NCBI GenBank assembly: GCA_012295275.1
Contig: CM022676.1
Span: 3,100,001 to 3,164,000 of the forward strand
From: Chrysomallon squamiferum
Taxonomy: Eukaryota > Animalia > Mollusca
Length of the DNA stretch: 64,000 nucleotides
Direction of reading: 5' to 3'
The notes beneath the pieces are model-generated. The model worked only from the letters and a program-made list of their open reading frames with translations, was not told the DNA's origin and searched no databases. How positions within the stretch are numbered: the stretch's first letter is position 1; the number at the start of each line of letters is the position of its first letter. A program made the position numbers and the translations under genes. Below are positions 50,984 through 64,000 of this stretch, one piece after another.

Positions 50984-52734
50984 ATCTGGTATGGTTGACT
51001 TGATCTTTTCTTTTTTATTTAAACTGCAATCAAAAACATTTTAAAAAACAAAAATAAAAATAAAAAATATATATAACAAAATTATTAGATATTCGTGCGT
51101 CCATCCGAATTGTTAACTTATATTTGATGATCCAAATAATAAATGGATGCAGTAATATCTAATCTCACTAATAAATATTTCCTCATTTGTTAACTGACAC
51201 AGGAATGTTTGTTAAAAATTTTAGAAAATCAGTGGCCATTTTGTATTTGCCATAAGTATTTATAGTATACGACAAAAATGTATTGTAAATATATATATCT
51301 TTTAAATAAATAGATAAATACTTTTATTAAAAAGTAAATCAGGTTATACAGTGAAAGCATATCATTATAATAAGATGCCTCTTTGTTTATGTAATTTTAA
51401 CATTACGTACTTCCATGAAAGAAATGCTGTTTTCAAAAAGACATAGATTTTCCTTCACCCTCCTAAAATTATCACTGTAAAAATAAAAAAGAAGAAGCAA
51501 GAGAATACTAATACTGTAAATAAAATCGGTAGAAATGACATCTTTAATTAATTAAATACTTAGTAACAATATATATTCATTAATTTCAACGTCGTGGATA
51601 TGATGCATACGTCATTAATGGCCATTTTGACGTTCATTCCGAAGTATCTAAACATCGTATTTATCAAAATCTTGACGAAGAATGAAAACAGCACTAAACA
51701 AAAAAGATGAGATTTCGGTATATTTATACTCTTTGGTACATTTTTACATTTTTGCTCAGTATTTTGTCACTATTAATTATACTATTACTACTGATTGATT
51801 GGTGTTTCAGTTGAATAGTTGATCGCCTTTCTGATTGAGTGAATTTTTCTTCTTCTTCTTTCTTTTTGTTTTGTTTTGTTATTTTCTTTCTTTCTTTCTT
51901 TTTATTTATTTATTTAATATTAGTCTTATTATAGTTATATAGCCTCAACTAATTTCTTATTTAGTTATTATTTATCAGTTTATTTTATTTATTTTTTTTT
52001 ATGTAAATTATTCATATTAATAATTTTTATTTTGGTTTTGCCCTTTTTTTATTATTTACATAATTATAATTTATTTTCTCTTTTTCTTAAATGTTTTGTG
52101 TGTGATTTTTTTTTTCAGTACAATCTTTGTAGAAAAGAATATAAATAAACTTTCAGGCATTATATTATATCATATAGTTTCAACTGATTACATATGTAAA
52201 TACACAAATACCTACATACACATACATAACGCTGTGACCATTGCTTAACACTGCCAAATAACCACAAAATTAGAATAACAGTTAAGATTGATATATTAGT
52301 TACAAACTCAATATAAGAAACATTAAAACATTTGAAGACTTAACCTCCGAATAATATAATTATAGAAACGTATTTTGTGAAAATAAAAAGTTTTTTTAGA
52401 AATATATAATATATATTGACAAATGTTTGTAGATGTTAACACTGTCGTAGTTAAAATACTCACAGTGTTGACGAGTGGCACACATTCGCAAACATTGCCT
52501 CTTGTAATGTATGTATTCAACATAATCCAAAAATAATCAGGACAGATTTATCTGGCAATTCCTTGTTACTGGAAGGCTTTTATTATTCAATGTGCCCCCA
52601 TCACACTAAGGATCCCGTGAGTCGGGAAAAGATTGTCTTATTGTTGTAAATTTTATCAAATCTGAAACTCTTTATTTTTTTTAACTTTTTTTGTTACCAC
52701 TTGTTTACACTAAATATGTATAGATCACCTGTGA

Positions 52735-52742
52735 TGACGTCA
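52735..52742. promoter_or_regulatory. Perfect CRE palindrome TGACGTCA in the probable divergent promoter region
   Basis: Lies between a minus-strand donor-like GTGAGT (~52457-52462) and a plus-strand donor GTAAGT (52800), which could close the 5'UTR exons of the two head-to-head Ig genes. Confidence 0.35.
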
Positions 52743-52852
52743 GAATTATGTGCGTACTATGCATTGACCACCATCTTGAAAATAAATCTTCATTATAAAG
52801 TAAGTCATCTACTTAGTGAAACAACATTACTTACATTATTTCTTTCATTCAT

Positions 52853-52924
<72 letters not shown>

Positions 52925-53721
52925 ACCAGTGTAAATACACTTTACAAAGATACGAAGAATATGAGACTGAATATTTGGAACACATAATATAATTTATTAT
53001 GAAATAAGTTTAGCTTCAGAACAGACTTTTAAAAACCAGATTTATTCCAAAATATTATATCAATGAAATCATGGATTAAAATGTCTACAGTCAGGGTAAA
53101 AAGTACCTACGACAAGGGAATCGTTCTTTTTGTTTGACCTGTGATATTCTAAATTACCCGTTTAACATTTGCTCTGCCATCACAATAATAATAGAAATAT
53201 TTCTTACGTTTTACTTGAAATTACGAACCATGCCTTGATGATTACTTACAAAAAAACGAAACCGAAATCGCTGTTTAAGATGGCACTAAAACAAGTACTG
53301 GTTTAACAATTTAGTCAAAAATATCTCAGTTAAAAGAATTAAACAAGAACAACAACCACAACAACAAGAAACAACAAATTTATTATCAATTTTTATTACC
53401 GAAGTTCCAAACAGCTGATGGAAGAATATTTCAAATCCGATTATGAGATACAGCATTAGTTCCTCGCTCTACATTCTCAATTGAGTGAAATTTTAGAAAC
53501 TATTCAAATATTTTGATTATATTACATATCGTTCAGTCTGACTGCTTGGTGGGTTTTTTTTGGGGGGGTTAATGTTTTTTTTTAACTTTTTTTTGGTTTT
53601 TTGTGGGTTTTCTAAGAGAGAGAGAAGACTCAAAATGTGTAATGTTCCTTAGATTATTCCTATTTTCTCTTAAAGTAATATTATATTTGATTATCAGAAT
53701 TCATTTAATTTGTATTTACAG

Positions 53722-54263
53722 ATGATCTTCAAGCACACTGTGTTTTTTATTACGGGATATTTCATCCTTTTGGAAGTTAATAGAGTCAGAGGTAACTTCT
53801 AGTTAATTGACTTTTTTGTTCTTCTTCCTCTTTAAACATTCAGTTAATAATAATTATTTTCACAGTTCCAAGATTGGGAACATTTGTAAAACAGTTATTT
53901 TGAGTCGATTAGACAGTTATCTTCAGATCCTTCTGTTATTTCCAGTAATACTTATTAATTTATTTAATCATACATCGATCCCTGGTTGGTTTAATGAAAG
54001 TATTTAAAAAATAACAACTCGTAAAGAAAGTCTTATTTTAAATTAAATGTTAAGTCTTCTCGAAATTCTTTATAGTATATTGTCCCTTTGCTTTTCAAAT
54101 CGTATTTAGCTAAGAAATAGCTACGTAAATCTTGATAATCTACTCCTATATTACTCAATTTAATTATACATGACAAGATGAGAAAATGTACGAATCAGAA
54201 TATGGAGTTATTCCCCTTGGACAATAACATACTATTCTGACAATTTTATTTTATTTATTTATT

Positions 54264-54334
<71 letters not shown>

Positions 54335-55664
54335 CATCATCAGTTTGTATTTACTTAGTTACTTATTTTTGAATAATTTATTTACTGGATGTTTGAGTTA
54401 TTATTGTTATTAATATTATTCCTGTTACTGTTGTTGTTATTCTTGTTGTTCAGTTAATTCAACAAATGATTCCACAGTCTTATTAAAATGAAAAAAAAAT
54501 ATATATATAATCATTTCTGCGTTTGTTTGTATCTTTATTTATTTATTTATTTAAAGTTATAATATTCGGCGAAAATTTTATTCACTTGTCTTTATTTCTG
54601 AAAGGACTATAAATAGATATTTAAATGTGTTTCCCGAAGATTATTATATATTTAGAGTCCTTTCAGAAATAAAGAAAAGTAAAAAAATTTGCGCCGAATA
54701 TTTTAAGTTTAAATTTCTTGTTATATTTTATTTGTTACGAACTTATATCAGTGATTCAGTCGCTTGTTCTTTTTTTTCTTTTTTTTTATTATATATATAT
54801 ATTTTTTTTTTTTTTTTTTTTTGTCACCCTAATTGTTCAGAGTAAATAATGTAATTTACAGGTGGAGTAACAAAAACCTACTTAGACTGCTTAGATCCTG
54901 GCTATGCTGGAAATAGCAGTACTCTAATATGCAGGGTAAATGAAACAATACAAAACGGCATTCAGTGGTTTAGACCAAATGGAAGAGTAGCTAAACAAGT
55001 TATATTTTGTAACCAGGTTCACACACTATGTATGTTATCTCAAGCAGTAACAGGTTACAGTGGTAAAATTGACGGCAACACAAAAGAAGTTACGCTTACA
55101 ATACATTCCTTCGATGCTAAAGTTGATGCTGGAAAATGGACGTGTGCTGATGGTTCTCCTCCTGGTGAAGGTAGCCCAAGTTGTGAAAAAAAGTTCATAG
55201 GTACGTAAATAAATCTTCGAAAGTATCGTTAACAGAATTTTCATTTGATTACTTTCTTCTTTATTTCTTCTTGCACTTGAATCATATATATATATATATA
55301 TATATAACGTTTTCAAAACGTTAAGGAAATCAGTTTAGAATAACGTACGATATTTCTGTAAAGATGCACATCGTAATTATTTTGATAGAAATATTATTAT
55401 ACTTATTATATTGTATTTGGAATATCAATTTAATCACATATTTTTCGTTATGTTTCTGTTGTAAATATCTAAAAAAGATAATTTGATGTCTTTGGTTGTT
55501 CACTTAGAATGAATTGAACGGAACATTATTTTCGATCTAAGCCCAGTGTTTCCCTCCCCCCTCTCCCTTATATTTCAGATGCAAGGATAAACGGAAGTTC
55601 TGGATCTGTACATAAAACGTTTCCGTGTCTTTTCATTATGTACGACATTTTATTATTATTGTAG
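53722..55664 (+). CDS. Single V-like Ig domain protein with signal peptide and GPI-signal-like C-terminus (copy A, ~164 aa)
   Basis: Exons 53722-53791 (MIFKHTVFFITGYFILLEVNRVRG), 54862-55200 (STLICRV..IQWFRPNG..TLTIHSFDAKVDAGKWTC; frame missing from ORF track), 55579-55664 (DARINGSSGSVHKTFPCLFIMYDILLLL*). Both introns are phase 1, GT-AG. Confidence 0.8.
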
Positions 55665-55684
55665 TTGTTTTATTTTTTATTTTA

Positions 55685-56550
55685 TTTTTGTTGTTGTTGT
55701 TCTTCTTGTTATTATTAGTAGTAGTATTAGTAGTATTAGTAGTATTATTGTTATTATTGTTCTTCTTCTTCTTTATATTGTTATTGTTACTATTGATGTT
55801 GTTTTTGTTATTATTATCATCACTGTTTTTGCTGTTGTCATTTTTGAAAGGTTATTTGGATTTTACATGTTGTGATGTTGTATTGATTTATTTATTTAAT
55901 CTGTCTGTTTCTTTGTGGGGGAGGAGTTTGTCTCTCTTGATTAGTTTATTGTTTGTAATTTTTTTTCCTTTGGTTTATAGAAATGAAATATAAATCATGC
56001 AAACATAAAATAAAAAAAAAAAAAAAAAATTTAAAATTTAATATAAAAGTAAAAATGAATTAAACAAGTGACGTCTCATTTCAAATGCCTCACATGGCAG
56101 ACACAGACACGCGCACACACACATTTTTGTTGTTGTTGTTCTTCTTGTTACTATTAGTAGTAGTATTAGTAGTATTAGTAGTATTATTGTTATTATTGTT
56201 CTTCTTCTTCTTTATATTGTTATTGTTACTATTGATGTTGTTTTTGTTATTATTATCATCACTGTTTTTGCTGTTGTCATTTTTGAAAGGTTATTTGGAT
56301 TTTACATGTTGTGATGTTGTATTGATTTATTTATTTAATCTGTCTGTTTCTTTGTGGGGGAGGAGTTTGTCTCTCTTGATTAGTTTATTGTTTGTAATTT
56401 TTTTTCCTTTGGTTTATAGAAATGAAATATAAATCATGCAAACATAAAATAAAAAAAAAAAAAAAAAATTTAAAATTTAATATAAAAGTAAAAATGAATT
56501 AAACAAGTGACGTCTCATTTCAAATGCCTCACATGGCAGACACAGACACG

Positions 56551-56561
<11 letters not shown>
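55685..56561. repeat. Near-perfect direct tandem duplication, 439-nt period
   Basis: 55685-56122 is repeated at 56124-56561. Identical spurious ORF ends occur at 55993 and 56432. Confidence 0.9.
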
Positions 56562-56599
<38 letters not shown>

Positions 56600-56811
56600 T
56601 CATACACACACAGATACACTATAAAGTACATAATAAATTTAAAATAAGAGATACGAAGAAATGTATAGCTGTCATAGTATAGTAGATAAGACACATACCG
56701 TATTTCTCTGCTATAAGAGAACGTTGTTACAAGGTGGCTGAGAAAGAATGTCTCTTTCATTTATAATAGCATGTCATTTATAAGGAGTAACAAAAAAGAA
56801 TTAAGAATAAA

Positions 56812-56881
<70 letters not shown>

Positions 56882-56882
56882 C

Positions 56883-56914
<32 letters not shown>

Positions 56915-56928
56915 CAACAACAACAACA

Positions 56929-56967
<39 letters not shown>

Positions 56968-58725
56968 AATAAATAAAAGGTCTGTTTCACTTTATAACGA
57001 TTCCCTTGCTTATAACGTCATGTGTTTATAATCGAGGGTAACAGACTGTTCCTGTTGGTTGTCACTGTGAAGACGGTCGTCTCGTTCCTGTGAACTCTTT
57101 GACACGTTCTTGATGAGCCACGCCACTTGTTGGTTCGCACTGACGTGGAACACATCACTTCAGTCGTTCCTCTTCATAGCGTGATCGAGATAAGAATGTG
57201 CAACCAATCAACGAAATGAGGCAAGAAATCTCTTAACTGAAGCTCAAATACTGCTTTTTAGTTCGATAAATACCCGAGGTCGATTTTGAAAACGTCTGTT
57301 TCACACACAACTCCAGCCTTGCTCCTTTTTTTTTTAACTCCGTGCACTTTACAAGCGAGGGAATATGGAAGGTGCAACCATACAGAGAAATACTCTGCTT
57401 GGCATAATTAATCAACACATTTCACTTTTCACTGTTTACATTATCTTTGTAGATTCTTTAATGTTTTTTTTTTTTTTTTTTTTTTCAATTATTTGTTTTT
57501 TCTCATCTCTTATATTAATCTTTTGTTTGTTTCCTTAATGGATTTTTCTTGATTCATCAGCATCACAAATATCAATATCTAAGGCAAGAGCTAAAAGAAA
57601 CTAAATAAGAGTTTGTGTAATAGTTTTTGTCATCAGAGGACACAGACTTTCATATAAACAGATACATACAGCAATGACACACGAGTGCACATGTGCGTGA
57701 AACAGGTCATGACTGAGTGTTTTTGAAAATAATTATTGTAAATGCATTATTTTAATTTACACTTTTCTGCAAATTTCTTTCCATGATTAGTAAAAGAAAA
57801 GATTGTGTAACCTGAAAATATATTTACGTTTTGGTATAAAACTGACAAGTTAATATTTTACCTTGTGGAATAAAAGGTTTGCATTGCGAAATAAATGGTT
57901 TCATCGTTGAATTTATATATAATTTCACTAAGACACTTTGTTTCCAAGTGGTTTACTTACTTTATCCATTTTTTTGTTGTTGTTTTGTTTTTTTTTTTTG
58001 TTTTTGTATCTCTAAATACTGATACACTTTACAGTTTCTTTCATAGTTTGACGTTTTTGATATGTAAAATATGTATCCCTGCTTCCCTTTCTTTTCTTAA
58101 ATCTTTTTTCTTTCCATTTCCCAAATTATTTTAGCTGCAAGAACATTTATCAAATTAGAAATCAGTTGTAAGAAAAATATTTTTACTGTTTTAATATCTT
58201 TATTATCTAATATGTATGTCGTTGTTTCATTTGTCATAATTGTAAAGCTTTACTTTGATATTACTGGCACTAAAATTGTTTTTAAATAAAGCATTCTTTC
58301 ATTTATAAGTTTTGTTTATTAGTTTTTTTAAAAATATTCCGCTATCTTGAAATTAACATAGGTTGATATGTTCTATAACAATTTGGTACTTTCTAAAACT
58401 TAAGAACGGCTACTGTGTTTCAGTGATTGTTCTAGAATATTCCATCGCTTTCTAGAACATTGTAGAATTTTCTTGTTCTGGTTCAAAATGAATAGGGCCA
58501 ATATGCATAAAATGCAACAAGTAAATATGTAATTAAAATCGCTATGAAATATCAAGCTTATAAACACATTTCTGAGATCTTTCTACGTCTGTCAAAAGTG
58601 TGTATCCTACGGTATTTGTTCGGAATCTAGTTTTCTGAAAAACGGCATCAAAGTAAAAAATCCCAGCTTATACAACGTTTATGTTAGTAATGGAAAATTT
58701 AATACCATTTAGTTCGTAATACCGC

Positions 58726-58840
<115 letters not shown>

Positions 58841-61800
58841 TAATAATTAATTAATTAACACATTTAAAAAACAACAACAGCACAAAAGTATTAAAAAGTG
58901 TTTTAAAAATAAATAATAATCAAATAAATTATTTGTTCGTCTTATTCTTATTATTAAAAATAGCTTAAACATAAATAAATAATAGGATATCAGAAAAGCG
59001 CAGAAGGAGAAAAACTAACAAAATAAAAATAACGTCAATAAAAATGATTTTAGAATTTTAAATAAATAAATAAATTAGGATATGAGAAAAAGCGCATTAG
59101 AAAAAAATTAAAATAATGATAATAATAATCTGTTAGTTGAAAATTACGGTCAGGGTTTGGCTAATAAATGAGTAAGTAATTTTCTGTCCAAAAACATCGT
59201 TTTGTAATTAATAACTATCTATTAATAAAGGTGGTTTTATTTTATTTTATTATTATTATTATTTTTTTTTTTTTTTTATTAGTTTTTGTTCTTACTTAAC
59301 TATAATTTAAAAGTCATGGGCATGTGCTGGCAGCTGTTTTAAATAAGGACAGTTGATTTTTAGTAATAAATTTGTCTAAGTACCAGAAATGACAACACTG
59401 AATTTGATTTATATTTCAACAGTCATTTTCAAGACGATCACAAGTGGACTTATAAACTTAAATGACTACAAATATAATCATTTTTATTTTTAATTTAAAG
59501 TAATTTCTATTTTTTTATGATCACGCGTGTTTTGTCGATAATGTTACAGATCAGGTCTTGAACTTATTACAATGAATTATGTTACAGTTTTTTGTTTTAC
59601 TTAATGATCAGCCTTAATTCATTATTTACTAATAACAATTGTAATTATTTTTAAGTCTGGATTTAACTACTTCTAAAAATAATTTTAAAAGAGCACATAA
59701 AATATTAGTATTCACATGTATATGTATTTGTTTTTCAAATAATTTCTAAATATTTATAATTATTTTTATGTTTTACTTAATATTCTTCTTAATTTGTCAG
59801 TTTTAGTCAAATAAAAGTTAGTGATGCAGAATTAATCAACATCTAAATAGACGATATAGTGTCAGATGTAATATATTTAAAAATAAATAATAATAAAATA
59901 AAAACTTATAAATAAAAATTGAATAAAATTACTATGCGTGTTATATGAACATACAACGTACAAATGCATACGTACCTAAAATGCATAATGACCCCCGTTT
60001 TGGACCTCTGGAAGTTGTTAAACGTTTTATAAATTCCAAGCCTCTTCAGAGCTTTTTCTTCATGTTTTGTATCTAATTATGTACAGTATTTATAGCATTA
60101 ACTTCTTGAAATTCTGTTATTTTTATCACAGTTCTTCAAGAATTGTATCTTCAAAGTCAGTATCTGAAATTCAGTACAATCATAGCAGTTATAACACAGT
60201 GTTTAAACCAGGTTTGAAAGTACTGTAGCCAGCATTTACAGTGTTCAGCTACTGCATTCGAAATGTCAGTTTGAAGTAATATGAAAATATAACATCCCTG
60301 TATTTATCTAATAATGTTATCCAACATTTATTCAACATAACTGCAACAGATTAACTAGTAATAACTTACATACCGCATTTGTTTTATTTACTTATTTATT
60401 TATTTATTTATTTATTTTCGTCTTCTTATTATTTTTATTTTTTTAACATTTTTATTGCTTTTCTGATATCCTATTTTTTTTTATTTACATTTTTAAATTA
60501 ATAATAATAATAATAACAATAATAATAATAATAATAATACCAACAGCAGAAGCAATAACAAATTTACTTCATTTTTTAAATATATATTTTTTTATTATTT
60601 TTTAATTTCTGAATGGATTTCTTACTTATATGAAAACTGTCGCATATGTTAAGTTCAGTTTTGTGCCTATTATCATTATGACTATGATTTGATGATTACA
60701 GAACACCTCTGGGTAATCTGCAGAATATTACTTTCAAACAGTCAAATAAAAATATAAAAATCTCTTCTGTTCTTCCCAAGGAAGTTTTCATCTACTAATC
60801 TAAAAGTCGTTTTTCCGAGCATTTGGTTCCGTACAAATAATCACACAGGATTCTTACTTTTATCAGATATCGGAAATGTGTTTCTCAGCTTCACCTACTG
60901 GGCTTGTCGATTTCACAAACTCTAAACGATTTCTTATCGAGTGTAAGGAGCAATGTATTTCTAAATTTGTGTACCTGCAGAAAATATTCTTTCTCAGAAC
61001 AGCATCGTTTCCATTTTAACATCGTGAAAAACTTGCCAGTTTTACCGTTTATGCGCTATATTTAATATTAAATATTTTACCTTGTCTTTGTCTTTGAAAA
61101 ACTACTCATACAGTTTAAAGTTTTTCATATTCTCCGTGTTTCTCTCTATTTTCGAGGCATAACAGAAACTTCCATCTGAAATTTCTTAGCGACTTTATGT
61201 CACATTTACGTCATATTTACATCTTGCAATATATGGCATAATCGTTTCAAAATAGCAAAAGAAAATTCTACAACGTTCTAGAAGTAGCCATTGTTAGATT
61301 CTAGAATGTAAACAAATCGTTACAGAAACCATGAACCTGTGTTAATTTCAAGATAGCGGAATATATTTTCTAAAAACTGTAACAGAAAATATGCTTTATC
61401 TTGGAAACTGTTAGTCCCAGAACTGTCAAATTAGAGCTTAACAATTAAGAGAAATGAAGTAAAGATAATTTAAATATTAGATAATAAATGTATGAAGAAA
61501 GTGGAAGAGTCTTTTCACTTACTAGAAAAATGTTCTTGCAACTAAATTGATTTTGTTAATATAAGAAGTGAAATAAATAAATCAATTACGGGAAATGGAA
61601 AGAAAAAAGATTTAAGAAAAGAAAGGCAAGTAGGGATACATATTTTACATATCAAAAACGTCAAACTGTGAAAGAAACTGTAAAGTGTATCAGTATTTAG
61701 AGATCAAATAAAAATGCCTAAAGTAAGTAAACTACTTGGAAACAAAGTGTCTTAGTGAAAATATATACAAAATCAACGATGGAAACCATTTATTCAACAA

Positions 61801-62462
61801 TGTAAACCGTTTATTCAACAATTAAAAGTTTTGTACTAAAACATAATGCTGTTAGTGTTTGAACATAAATCTTCGGTAGGTTACACAATCAAAGCATGCT
61901 ACATTTGTTTTTGTGTTTTTTTGTTGTTGTTTGTTGTTTTTTGTTTTTTTTTTTTACTAGTCAAGAAAAGAAAAATGCAGAAAAGTGTAAATTAAAATAA
62001 TGCATTTACAGTAATTATTTTCAAAAACACTCAGTCATGATCTGTTTTACGTACATGTGCAATCGTGTGTCATTGCTGTATGTATCTGTTTATATGAAAG
62101 TCTGTGTCCTCTGATTACAAAAACTATTACACAAACTCTTATTTAGTTTCTTTTAGCTCTTGCCTTAGACATTGATATTTGTGATGCTGATGAGTCTAGA
62201 AAAAAAAAACATTAAGCAATTAAACAAAATATTAATATAAGAGATGAGAAAATGAAAATAACTTAAAGAGAAACAATTAAAAAATGTACAAAAATTAAAG
62301 AAACAGCAACGATATGCCATTAAAAGTGAAACAGACCTTTTTTTCTCAAATACCTTAAAACAACATGCCTTATAAGAGAGAAACGTGCTATATGTTTATT
62401 TCTGTGTATATCAGCAATAATATAGTAGCTATGCATTTCTTCTTATTTTATATTTATGTAAA

Positions 62463-62510
<48 letters not shown>

Positions 62511-62757
62511 TATATAGTAATAGCTAAAACTATATTAAATTAAAATTAAAATTTAATCAGTAGATAATAGTAAAAAGCAAATAAATAACTGACTTCTTTT
62601 GAGAAAAGTTTAAAAACAACAACCAAAGAGATGAAAATAAACAGCAAGAGAGATTAAATAAATGAAGAAATAAATAATTAAATATATATATAAAATTAAT
62701 TATATTAATAAGTAAACAAATAAATATAACATCACAACATCAATAATTATTAACCAT

Positions 62758-63822
62758 TTAACCTTTCAAGAATGATGATAATAATTCTAACAGAAACAAC
62801 AATAGTAGTAACAACAACAATGTAAAGAACGATAACAACAAGAACAACAACAACAACAACAAGAATAATAATAATAATAATAATAATAGCAACAACAACA
62901 ACAATAATAATAAAATGTCGTACATAAAGAAAACACAGGAAAACGTTTTATGTACGGGTTCAGAACTTCCGCTCACGCTATCATCTGAAAAGTAAGTGCG
63001 TCAGAGCAACACTGGGCTTAGATCGTAAATAATGTTGTGTTGAATTCATTCTGTGCGAAACACATCAAATTATCTTTTTTAGATATATATATACAATAAG
63101 AAACATATCGAAAATTGTGATTAAGTTTGTATTCTAAATACAGAGTATTAAAAATAATACTATTTCTGACGGAATTATTATTTTGTATGTCTTTCTAGAA
63201 ATAGTCCACTTTATTCTAAACTGATTTCAAGAACTTTGTAAATGACTGTATGCATTATTTCTTGGCTTTTTTGTGGGGGTTGTTGTTGTTGTTGTTTGTT
63301 TTTGTTTGTTTGGCTGGGTTTCTTGCGGGGGGTTGTTTGCTTGATTTGTTTGGGGTGTTTTGTTTTGGGGGGTTGGCGTTTTTTAATATGATTCAAGTGC
63401 AAAATGGAATGCATAGGAAATAACAAAGAAAGGAATGAAATGAAAATTCTATTAAGGATACTTTCGAATATTTGTTTACGTACCTATGAACTTTTTCTTA
63501 CAACTTGGGCTGCCTTCACCAGGCCAGGCACCATCAGCACACGTCCAAGTACCAGCATCAGCTTTAGTATCAAAGGAATGTATTGTAAGTGTAATTTCTT
63601 TTCTGTTGGGGTGAATTTTAGCACTGTAACCTGTTACTGAAATGACTGGGATACAAATTGTTTGACCTTGGTCACAAAATACAACTTGTCTCGGAATTCC
63701 TCCATTTGGACTAAACCAGTTAATGCCCTTTTTTACTGTTTCATTTACCCTGCATATTAGAGTACTGCTCTTTCCAGGATAGCCAGGATCCAAGCAGTCT
63801 ATGTAGGTGTTTGTTACTGCAC
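62758..63822 (-). CDS. Single V-like Ig domain protein, inverted paralogue (copy B; signal-peptide exon beyond the window end)
   Basis: Exons 63822-63484 (339 nt, same length as in copy A; STLICRV..INWFSPNG..DAGTWTC) and 62984-62758 (DDSVSGSSEPVHKTFSCVFFMYDILLL.. poly-Leu). Confidence 0.8.
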
Positions 63823-64000
63823 CTGTAAATTACATTATTTACTCTCAACAATTAGTGTGACAAAAATAATTTTATTTATAATCATTTGTTATTATAGTAT
63901 GGATTGTTTTGTTTTTGCACACACACACACACACACACACGCACGCACGCACACACACACACTATTCCAGCAACACATATTTATTCTGAAAGGTATGAGA

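Noticed and set aside
55035-55316. Antisense ORFs over the single-Ig exons (also 63404-63640)
   Set aside because: They are opposite-strand shadows of the real Ig exons.

Overview
AT-rich, microsatellite-dense, intron-containing animal DNA. It looks invertebrate, possibly mollusc, but the taxon cannot be fixed from the sequence. Most ORFs in the supplied track are microsatellite artefacts, so I assembled the genes by hand from GT-AG exons. (1) 1.1-46.7 kb: a head-to-tail array of five ~9.3 kb paralogues on the + strand. Each has 9 coding exons and encodes a ~658-aa type I receptor: signal peptide, Ig1, Ig2, Ig3, 3x TSP1, TM, and an acidic Tyr-containing tail. Ig1, Ig3, the TSP1 repeats and the tail are near-identical between copies (~90-95% in the Ig pairs I counted). 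The middle Ig2 domain is only ~50-70% identical, with changes packed into its central ~35 residues. Copies 1, 2 and 4 are intact. Copy 3 has two frameshifts and copy 5 a nonsense codon. (2) 47.5-51 kb, - strand: a related two-Ig transmembrane gene. (3) 53.7-64 kb: a tail-to-tail inverted pair of single-Ig genes with GPI-signal-like ends, whose Ig exons have diverged more than parts of their non-coding flanks. Together this looks like an uncharacterised, rapidly diversifying IgSF recognition-receptor complex (immune, allorecognition or gamete recognition; the function is inference). A Tigger/pogo-like transposon remnant lies in intron 2 of three copies.
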